Assembly: GCF_006345805.1 (NCBI RefSeq)
Contig: NC_043001.1
Coordinates: forward strand, 60,202,001-60,266,000
Length of the DNA: 64,000 nucleotides
Direction: 5' to 3'
Source: Octopus sinensis
Lineage: Eukaryota
A program made the translations under genes and the position numbers. Under the pieces are notes generated by a model. The model saw nothing but the letters and a program-made list of their open reading frames with translations, was not told where the DNA came from and ran no database searches. Below are positions 54,128 through 64,000 of the stretch, in pieces. The first letter of the stretch is position 1, and every line of letters begins with the position of its first letter.

Positions 54128-54671
54128 GCAGTACCAGGCAGTGGCTCTCATGGCTTCTGATCTTAACTGAGTGGAAGTGTTATCATGTACATTGTTTTGT
54201 CTTGGTATAAAAGATGGGCTACAGCAAATATTCTGCTCAATACCACAGATTTGCTTGTCAGTTGTTTGACTTTAACCAGTTGAGCATGTCCCTTAGTAGC
54301 TGACGATATGTGCATCTCTGATCACGAGCAGAAGTAGTGGGGGAGCATCATAGCCATGTGTTGAGAGGGATTCTTTGGGGTTTGAATAATTCACCTCTGG
54401 AAACATGGGTGGTTCTTTCAACATCCTTAAACAACCCTTATTCAGGGACCTTTCGAGCGAGATAGGCTACTCAACCTGAAGAAAATTCTAACTGGGCCCC
54501 ACCTGCAAGGTCATGTGCTGTTTATCTTGATATGAGATCACCATGTCACGCACATATGGTTGTAATGCATGTGCCTGGTGTACCCTTATCAGACGGGTAG
54601 TCATGATGGGTATATTGGGCTTCGTATATTTTACCCGTGTCACTTTGATGGCATCAACTGCTCTCTCACTC
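54128..54671 (+). mobile_element. ~550-bp non-coding interspersed repeat embedded in (AAT)n, copy 1
   Basis: Highly similar to 62869-63423 and 63697-64000; (AAT)n on both sides. Confidence 0.85.
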
Positions 54672-54725
<54 letters not shown>

Positions 54726-54728
54726 AAG

Positions 54729-54759
<31 letters not shown>

Positions 54760-54827
54760 GGAAGAAGAAGAAGAAGAAAAGAAGAAGAAGAAAAGAAGAA
54801 GAAGAAGAAGAAGAAGAAGAAGAAAAG

Positions 54828-54857
<30 letters not shown>
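54672..54857. repeat. (AAT)n(AAG)n microsatellite
   Basis: Direct reading. Confidence 0.95.
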
Positions 54858-54858
<1 letters not shown>

Positions 54859-55674
54859 GATGAGAAACCATACAAGAAGAGCGCCAGCCTTGACAGCGGC
54901 TGGACGTGTTCCTCGCAGCTCTGACCATTCAGTAGTCGAAAAGCATAGAAACACTATGACCCAGCGACACTACGGGAAAAATAAGTCTCAAAGACTGGAA
55001 TATCTACAATATCCTGTGAATATTTAAAATTCCCTTCAAAATAAGTGAAGAAATTTACAAATTTACATATCTACAGTTTTCAAACAAACGATCAGCTTTA
55101 ATAACTTTAATATCCACAACTGCCTCGAATACTCATCCTTCCCTCTGTAAACAACCTTTTTTTACTTCTTTCTAGGAACATCGCGCTTTTCTTTGTGCGG
55201 ACTTATAAAAAACTATCTTTGGTGAATCTTAAAACTTTCTGTGAACATTTGACTTTTCTTTCCTTCCTCCCTGAATATTCAAAAATAAATGTAAGCCTAC
55301 TTCTTATTGCAAAAACACAAATATTTGCTCTAACTGGACATACAAACAAACATCTCTAGAAAAGTCGACTTCAATCTCTACAATATTACCTTTATTTTCT
55401 CCTTGACTACTCGAAATATGTAAACACTTTTTATTGCAATAACAGAAATCCACGTTGAGGAAAAAATATATTGATACTAATAATAGATTCTCTCTGCTCG
55501 AACACAACTCTATTCACAATTAATACAGAACAGAGTAAGTTGGCCCTTCCTTAATTTTTCTTAAGTTCCAGGTCACTGTTGGCAAGTCCCAACAATGTAG
55601 TAGACATTTGAACTCTTTTTGACCGATCGGACTCCATCCCACTTTAAAAAAAAAATTAATTACATGAGCCGCAC

Positions 55675-55675
<1 letters not shown>

Positions 55676-55725
<50 letters not shown>

Positions 55726-56125
55726 TTACTACTACTCTAATACTAATACTACTGCTGCTACCACTGCTGCTGCAATCACTACTACTATTATTGCTACCAC
55801 TGATGATGTTGCTACTACTACTACTACTACTACCACCACCGCTGTTGCTACTACTACTACTATTGCTGCTGCTACTGCTACTACTACTACTGCTGCTGTT
55901 GCTACTACTACTATTGCTGCCACTACTGCTGCTACCTTTACTACTACTACTACTACTTCTGCTACTGCTACTACTAATACTATTGCTGCTACTGCTGCTG
56001 TTGATGCTGCCATTACTACTGATATTACCACTGCCGCTGCTACTACTGATAATGATATTGCTGCTGCTACTACAAATAATGCTGCTGCTGCTACTACAAC
56101 TACTACTGCTGCTGCTAATGATGAT
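55676..56125. repeat. Compound trinucleotide (CTA/CTG/TTA) cryptic repeat
   Basis: Direct reading; open in several frames, as expected for triplet repeats. Confidence 0.9.
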
Positions 56126-56199
56126 AGCGGCGGTTCTGTATGAAGATTCGTGGTTAAAAATAAATAAATAACATTTTTAAAAAATGAAAATTTAATAAT

Positions 56200-59100
56200 A
56201 ATTTAACTTTACTTGAAAAGAAAATTTCAAACAGTACACCGAATCGCTTGTCCAATGGTTATTCAGGAAGCTGCCAGCCTGATGGCGAAACATTTTCAAA
56301 TGGCAGTATGTCTTCCCTGAATACGAACCTGGAAGGTCACTTAAACGGGATTTGTTCCAATTTAAGCCCCCAAAGTTCACCACCACAACGACCAGAAAAT
56401 CAAAAATATAAAAGGACTAAATGGAACCAGGAAGAATATAAAGAAGTAATATATGCTTATTGCTTTGCATTAAGTAGGCCAACCCAAGAGAAAAACACCG
56501 CAAACTCCTACATAATCTGGACCTATAATGACCCTAGAAAAACAGCCAGGAAAATGATGTCGAAACAGAATTTGAAGACCACATATTTGCTGTACAACAC
56601 AGAAAATCTATCATTGAAATGAAGCAGGAAGTTCTGAATGAACTTGCAGTTGTAGAGCATTCAAATATGAATTAGAAGGAACCACTCCAGTAACTCTCAA
56701 ATGCACACCAACAAATTTGCAACTGCTTTACGCAAGAAATCTTACAACAACTAAAGCTCGATCTTAATGAGTTAAATGAAATTATTTACTCTGTTGCTAA
56801 GATAATCGAAAGACGCTGTTTAACGCCCAAAAAGCCAACAGTAACAAATTCGAAAAGAAAATCAAACTGGAGGAGTAGAATTGAAACTGAAATTGAATCA
56901 TTGCGAAGGGAGATATCAATATCAACTGAGCTAATCTCTGGAAATGGTGTAAGATCAAGAAAAGGCAGGAAGATTGTGAGAAAATATGGACTCTCAACAA
57001 GAGAAGAACTAATCTCAGCGAAAGAAACACTTAAACAAAAAGTTCAGGCAAAAGCTCAGAGAATACGCAGATTTGAGAAAAGAATCAAATGCTACAAACA
57101 AAATAAGATGTTCAAATCCAATGCCAAATAATTTTACAGGGAAGTAGGGAAAGAAAAAATAACCATTGAAAATCCACCCCTAATGGAAGAAATTGAAAAC
57201 TTTTGGAAAGTGATCTGGATTGATGAGAAACCATACAATGAAAATGCAGACTGGATCTAACGCACCCAAGATGCCTACAAAAATCTGCAAGAACAGGTGT
57301 GGGAAGACATCTCAATCGCCGACCTAAGGAGGGCACTAACGAAGGCTCATAAGTGGAAATCCCTTGGTATTGACAGAGTAACACATTTCTGGCTCTCATC
57401 ACTCTCATCCGCACACAAAATGTTAGTAAAACTATTCAATAGTATTATGAAAGACATGGAAAAGACTACACATTGGATGGCAAATGGTATTACTTACCTC
57501 CTCCCCAAAAATAAGGAAACGAAGACCCAAAAACTACCGGCCTATAACATGATTGTCTACTACCTATAACATTTTGACATCTATTCTAGTGGAGAAAACA
57601 TATACGTTTATGGAAGAGAATAACCTCTTTCCCACTGAACAAAAAGGATGCAGACGAAGCTTATACGGATGCAAAGATCAGCTCCTAATTAATCGTATGA
57701 TTCTTGAGAACTGCCATAACAAGCGCAGAAATCTCAGCTCTTCATGGATTGATTACAAAAAAGCCTTTGACAGCGTACCACAATCGTGGATTCTGAAATC
57801 GCGGGACATTTTCAAAATTTCTCCTCTGATTTCAGATTTTTTAAAGTAAAGTATATCACTATGGAACACGAAGCTCCAATTATATCATTCTAATGGAGTA
57901 TTGCGCTCAAACAATATTAGTATAAACTGTGGCATTTTCCAAGGTGACTCACTTTCACCACTAATTTTCTGCGTAGCACTAATACCACTCTCAAGTGAAC
58001 TGAACAGAACAGGGTATGGCTACAAAATTGACAACAGAAATATAAGCCATCTATTTTATATGGATGACTTAAAACTACATGGCAAAGATGATGAAGAGCT
58101 TGAAGGACTCTTACATACCGTGAAAGGATTCAGTGATGATATCGGGATGGAGTTTGGCCTTGAAAAGTGTGCCAAAGTCATTTTTAAGAAAGGGAAATTG
58201 ATAAAGTCGAGTTCGATCGAATTAGATGTCGAAATAGTAATAAGGGAACTAGAGCAGGAACAAACCTATAAATACCTAGGAATAAATGAAGGCTCTGGTA
58301 TCCAGCATGCAAGCATGAAAGAGAAGGTTAGGAAGGAATGTTACAGAAGAGTTTGATCAATCCAGAAATCTGAGCTGTATGCATATAATAAGGTGTTAGC
58401 CATAAATTCCTTAGCAGTACCAGTTGTTTTTTATAGCTTCAATGTGTTTAACTGGAATATCAGTGAAATAATGGAAAATTTACAGAAAAATCCGCAAGCT
58501 ACTGACTTGTAATAAGATGCACCATCAAAAGGCAGACGTGGATCGTCTTTACCTTCCCAGAGCTCAGGGAGGACGAGGTTTGATCCACCTTGACCTTACG
58601 TACAAAACCACCACAATCGGACTGGCCAAATGCCTAGAAGCAACCAACGATTGGATGCTAAAACTTGTTGAAAAAATTTAAAGACCGAAATAAACTTCAT
58701 TATATTCTGAAAGACAGCAAAAAAGTCGCCGCTGATCTCTAAGATACCCACCAGATTGATCAGGCTGAAGGAAATGCGCCAACTGCTGCTGCAAAGACAA
58801 AAGAGCATGAAAAATTAGCAAGCAGATGGGAACAGAAACCTCTGCATGGCAAGTATGTGGCCCGTAGCAAAGGAGCTGATGTCGACCAGAAACACACGCA
58901 CCAAGGCTTACGAAGCTCAGAGCTAAAAGTGGAGAGTGAAGGTTTCATATTATCTGCTCAAGACCAACGCTTATTAACCCGGAACTACCAAGCAATTGTG
59001 ATAAAAAAATGGAACTGACCCAAAATGCCGATTCTGTAACGATGAGAATGACACAATAGAACACCTAATCTCAGGGTGTAGAGTCTTAGCACCTGTAGAA

Positions 59101-59758
59101 TATAAAGCAAGATATGACAGAGGCGCCCAGTATTTACACTGGGCAATATGCCGTCATTATAAAATCAAAACCGCTGACAAATGGTATAAACACCATCCTG
59201 AAGCTGTGACTGAGGGAGAAACTGTGTTGATTCTATGGGACTTCCCCGTACATAACGACAAAACTATAAAAGCTAATAAACCGGATATTATCATAAAAGA
59301 TCAGACAAAAATGATGTGTTTATTAATTGATATGAGTATTCCTTGCGATCACAATATAGCGGCGAAAGAATTTGACAAGATTAGTAAATATAAAGACTTG
59401 GTAACGGATATTGAAAAAATGTGGCATCTCAAGGCGACTACAGTACAAGTGATTGTAGGATCTCTAGGAATGATAAAAAAAAGGTACTGAAACCTATTTG
59501 AAAATGATACCAGGCTTACCATCCCTACACGAAGTGCAAATAATCGTGTTAATTGGAACGGTTCATGTACTGAGAAGAGCATTATCGCTGTGAAACAACA
59601 TCCAGTCATGAATTTATTTATCTATTAATTTTTTAATTACATATTTTACATGTGAATTTGCGTGTGTAATCTGGGAGTGCATACAATGAGCTTCTCTGCC
59701 CTATGTGTACGGAAAACACTCGGCGAGAAACGGAGGAAAATTTGAAGAAAGAAGGAAA

Positions 59759-59760
<2 letters not shown>
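56200..59760 (+). mobile_element. Near-full-length decayed R4/Dong-like LINE (copy A)
   Basis: N-terminal KWNQEEYKEVIYAY; RT GCKDQLLIN, DYKKAFDSVPQSW, GIFQGDSLSPL, FYMDDLKL; CCHC CRFC...EHLISGC; RLE KPDIIIKD...LIDMSIPCD. The 3' end runs into (AAT)n. Confidence 0.92.
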
Positions 59761-59807
<47 letters not shown>

Positions 59808-59822
59808 TAATAATAATAATAA

Positions 59823-59853
<31 letters not shown>

Positions 59854-59875
59854 AAGAAGAAGAAAAATAAGAAGA
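59760..59875. repeat. (AAT)n(AAG)n microsatellite
   Basis: Direct reading. Confidence 0.95.
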
Positions 59876-62678
59876 CCGGGGACGTTTAACATGTGAGAGC
59901 GATAAAACAGTGCTCCTAAATCTATCCACAAACATCGGAAACAAAAACATCGTATGAAGCCAAAAAATAACTGAAAAAAGGATTGGTCTATATCCGGAGT
60001 AAGTAATACTCATTGAAATTTATTGCTTTTTTCGAAAGGAAATGATGTATTTTAACTCGATATCATCTCCAACCATGTAAACATGCTTGATACATTACGA
60101 TCCATCAACGAAAGATCATCTCCGGCCCCAAAAATCATGTACAAAAAATACGAATAAATTAAATAATACCGGTATTATTCAATCCAAGAACAACAATCGG
60201 GAAGTATATATTTTAATTTGTTACACCACAAGTACGAAAAACTACACGTTCAAAACAATGTGACAAAAGAAATGAATGGACCGGTACCCTACGAAAATGA
60301 CGACCGTCAATATAATGGGCTGGACGTTGTTCCTCACGCCCCGCAAATAAAACCAGAAAGACATAAATGGACACGTGAGGAATACATTTCAATCCTACAC
60401 GCTTACTTTACAGCAGTGTTCTACCCAAAGAACGAAAACACAACATATACATATAAAATATGGAAGAAAAATAACATAAATAAATACTTGGATACAGCAA
60501 TGAACGATAATAAACTAGCTAACGTACGAAGATATATTCTCAACGCAACAAAATATCAGAAATAGAAATAGAACATTTAAAAGAAAAAATACACCAGGAA
60601 AATATAGATAGAATCCACACAACAATGCCAAATAATATAAACACAGAGATAGTAAAACAAGAATGCAAACGTAACATTTCCAACAAAAACGATGTAAATA
60701 AAAAACAACCAACCCAGACCGTAAGGGTGCATAATAATGCACGACAAGCAGCAAGCCAAAACACCACAGACAAACATACGAATGAGAAAGAAAGCGACAC
60801 AAATCTAAAACCTGGAAACAATGCAGAGGAGCATAATGATTATGATACTATAAAAAGTAGAATAATTAAAGAACTGAAAAACACAGACCATACCTCCCAA
60901 AAATCGAAATAGACAAAAAACAACATCAATTATAAGCAACATAAAGAATACTATAGACGAGTTAGATCAATACTAAAAACAGAGCTCAATCCTAAAAGCA
61001 AGATAATAGGTATTAACACTTTGGCCGTCCCAGTTATAAGTTACAGCTAAAAATATCCTCAACTGGACGCTAAATGAACTAATCAAAATATATAGAAAAA
61101 CAAGAAACATAATGACAGGATCTAGGATGTATCCCCCGAAATCTGACATAGAAAGGCTATATATATAACGTATAGAACGTGGGAGAGGCCTTATAAGGCT
61201 GGAAAACTACTATAAAATAACCACCATAGGACTGCAAAAATACCTACTTCAGAAGCAAGGACAACTGATACAAATAGCGGCAAAACACGAGCAAAACTAA
61301 AACTTGTTCTCAGTATTTAAGGAAGCTGACAAATACAAACAAGAAATCGTACCACCTAACAAATATGAAGAAGAAGAAGAAGAAGAAGAAGAAGAAGAAG
61401 GAGGAGAAGAAGAAGAAGACGAAGAAGAAGAATAGGGAGGAGGAGGAGGAGAAGAAGAAGAGGGAGGAGGAGGAGAAGAAGAAGAAGAAGAAGAAGAAGA
61501 AGAAGAAGAAGACGAAGAAGAAGAAGAGGAGAAGAAGAAGAAGACGAAGAAGAAGAATAGGGAGGAGGAGGAGGAGAAGAAGAAGAGGGAGGAGGAGGAG
61601 AAGAAGAAGAAGAAGAAGAAGAAGAAGAAGAAGAGAAGACGAAGAAGAAGAAGAGGGAGGAGGAGAAGGAGAAGAAGAGGGAGGAGGAAGAGAAGAAGAA
61701 GAAGAAGAAGAAGAAGAAGAAGAAGAAGAAGAAGAAGAAGAAACAACAAAAGCTATAAAACAAATGAAAACAAAACCAAAACTAGAACAGCAACGGACCA
61801 TGATAAAACGATGGCAAGAAAAGCCCCTTCATGTCAAGTACTAGACTAAACTAAATGCATAAGAAATAGACAAAGAAAAATCCCAGCAGTGGTTGAGAAG
61901 CTCACGACTCAAAGCAGAGACAGAGGGTTTTTTAATTGCAACACAAGACCAAAGCCTCCCCACCAGAAAATACAAAAATATGTAATGAAAAAAATATAAC
62001 AAGTAACTGCAGAATATGTGGAGATGGACAAGAAACAATAAATCAAATTATCTCTAGCTGCCTAGTCCTGGCTAAGAAGGAATATATTCACAGACACGAC
62101 AGAGTTGGGACCTACATACACTGGAAGCTATGCCAACATTATGGAATAACAACAGAAAAAAATGGTATAGGCGCACACCAGAAAAGGTGACAGAAAACGA
62201 GAAAGCAACCATACTCTGGGATATGCCAATACACACAGATAGAGAAATTAAGGTCAACAGACCAGATACAGTTGTCAGAGATCATAAAGGAAAAAATGCT
62301 TTTTAATTGATGTTTCAATACCAGCAGATGACAACGTGTCTCTAAAAGAAATGGAGAAACTTTCAAAATACAAAGACCTGGAAATAGAGGTAACTAGAAT
62401 GTGGAATCTAAAAACAGAAACAATTCCTATCATAGTAGGTGCATTAGGCATTATAAAAAAATATTCCGACAAATACATAACAAAAACACCAGGACTTACA
62501 ATCACATATACCATACAGACAATTGCACTTCTAGTCACTGCACACATCCTACGCAGAACACTTTCAATACAGTAACCATCAGAGCATCACAACAAATCAC
62601 AGCACATACCCAAAGCACACAGAGCTGCGCTCGGTAGTGAAGTGAAAGCACGTTATAAAAAGAAAAGTACTGAATGAC
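59876..62678 (+). mobile_element. R4/Dong-like LINE (copy B) lacking the RT core, with an internal GAA/GGA expansion
   Basis: N-terminal KWTREEYISILHAY; KEYYRRVRSILKTELN; CRICGDGQETINQIISSC...RHDRVG; RPDTVVRD; KYKDLEIEVTRMW. The 3' end runs into (AAT)n. Confidence 0.88.
61367..61743. repeat. Purine-rich (GAA/GGA)n tract with ~125-bp higher-order duplication
   Basis: GACGAAGAAGAAGAATAGGGAGG starts at both 61418 and 61543. Confidence 0.9.
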
Positions 62679-62730
<52 letters not shown>

Positions 62731-62788
62731 TAATAATAATAATGATAATAATAATGATAATAATAATAATAATATAATAATAATAATA

Positions 62789-62868
<80 letters not shown>
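62679..62868. repeat. (AAT)n microsatellite
   Basis: Direct reading. Confidence 0.95.
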
Positions 62869-63423
62869 GCCCTGATGCAGAACCAGGCAGCGGCTCTCAT
62901 AGCTTCTGATCTTAACTGACTGGAAGTGTTATCATGTACATTGTTTTGTCTTGGTATAAAAGATGGGCTACAGCAAATATTCTGCTCAATACCACAGATT
63001 TGCTTGTCAGTTGTTTGACCGTAACCAGTTGAGAATGCCCCTTAGTGGCTGACGATATGTGCATCTCTGATCACGAGTAGAAATAGTGGGGGAGCATCAT
63101 AGCCATGTGTTGAGAGGGATTCTTTGGGGTTTGAATGATTCACCTCTGGAAACATGGGTGTTTCATTCAACATCCTTAAACAACCTTTAATTAGGGACCT
63201 TTTGAGTGGGATGGTTTACCCAACCAGAAGAAAATTCTAACTGGGCCCCACCCACAAGGTCATGCGCTGCTTATCTTGTTATGAGATCACCATGTCGCGC
63301 ACATATGGTTGTGATGCACGTGCCTGGTGTACCCTTATCAGACGGGTAGTCATAATGGGTATACTGGGCTTCGTATATTTGTACCCCAGTGTCACTTTGA
63401 TGGCATGCACTGCTCTCTCGCTC
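62869..63423 (+). mobile_element. ~550-bp (AAT)n-embedded repeat, copy 2
   Basis: Homologous to 54128-54671 with ~7 additional 5' bases. Confidence 0.85.
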
Positions 63424-63454
63424 AATAATAATAATAATAATGATAATAATTATA

Positions 63455-63600
63455 TTTCTTTACTACCCACAAGGGGCTAAACACAGAGGGGACAAACAAG
63501 GATAGACAAACGGATTAAATCGATTACATCGACCCCAGTGCTTAACTAGTACTTAATTTATCGACCCCGAAAGTATGAAAGGCAAAGTCGACATCGGCGG
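63455..63600 (-). mobile_element. Fragment of tRNA-derived SINE (second family)
   Basis: Reverse complement contains CCGCCGATGTCGACTTTGCCTTTCAT...GGGGTCGATAAATTAAGTAC. Confidence 0.65.
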
Positions 63601-63612
63601 ATGATGATGATG

Positions 63613-63681
<69 letters not shown>

Positions 63682-63696
63682 TAATAATAATAATAG

Positions 63697-64000
63697 GTTA
63701 TCATGTACATTGTTTTGTCTTGGTATAAAAGATGGGCTACAGCAAATATTCTGCTCAATACCACAGATTTGCTTGTCAGTTGTTTGACCTTCACCAGTTG
63801 AGCATGTCCCTTAGTGGCTGACGATATGTGCATCTCTGATCACGAGCAGAAGTAGTGGGGGAGCATCATAGCCATGTGTTGAGAGGGATTCTTTGGGGTT
63901 TGAATAATTCACCTCTGGAAACATGGGTGGTTCTTTCAACATCCTTAAACAACCCTTATTCAGGGACCTTTTGAGCGGGATGGGCTACTCAACCTGAAGA
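63697..64000 (+). mobile_element. ~550-bp (AAT)n-embedded repeat, 5'-truncated copy 3 (runs off window)
   Basis: Starts at GTTATCATGTACATTG, ~50-60 nt into the other copies. Confidence 0.85.

Noticed and set aside
54858-54875. 18-bp exact match (TGATGAGAAACCATACAA) to LINE A at 57221-57238
   Set aside because: A single 18-mer match in 64 kb of AT-rich DNA is not clearly beyond chance, and there is no extended homology.
54880-54925. TTCCTCG loop resembling an HDV-like ribozyme L3 at a possible LINE 5' end
   Set aside because: P1 pairs only 5/7, P3 only 2/3, and there is no GG for P1.1.
55619-56143. Thr/Ala-rich ORF reminiscent of mucin or antifreeze glycoprotein
   Set aside because: It starts at a non-ATG codon, includes poly-Tyr from (CTA)n, and is open in several frames, as any triplet repeat is.

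Overview
AT-rich, microsatellite-dense eukaryotic DNA. The host is most likely an octopus or other cephalopod, inferred from SINE families I recognise from memory. I found no intact host gene, and none of the short ORFs in the ORF track looks like a functional host gene: they are repeat translations or fragments of decayed elements. The window is mostly decayed mobile DNA: a Tc1 remnant, a Ty3/gypsy LTR element (8.3-12.5 kb), a Helitron, a near-full-length mariner, five R4/Dong-type RLE LINE copies, a CR1/L2-like fragment, many Penelope-like (PLE) pieces and several SINE families. The strongest unexpected signal is a ~2.5 kb frameshifted minus-strand segment (~3120-5600). Manual three-frame translation shows the ordered motifs of a Mononegavirales, paramyxovirus-like L polymerase, including QGD[F]Q for QGDNQ, so it is a candidate endogenous viral element, and it abuts an LTR-like sequence. 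Other highlights are an apparently intact type I hammerhead ribozyme inside a 477-bp terminally redundant unit, a repeated variant-core hammerhead-like motif, a 315-bp near-perfect palindrome, several kb-scale inverted duplications, a 243-bp locally templated insertion, and a 10-kb nest of (AAT)n-associated retroelements. All protein and RNA assignments come from manual reading, not database searches, and many boundaries are approximate.
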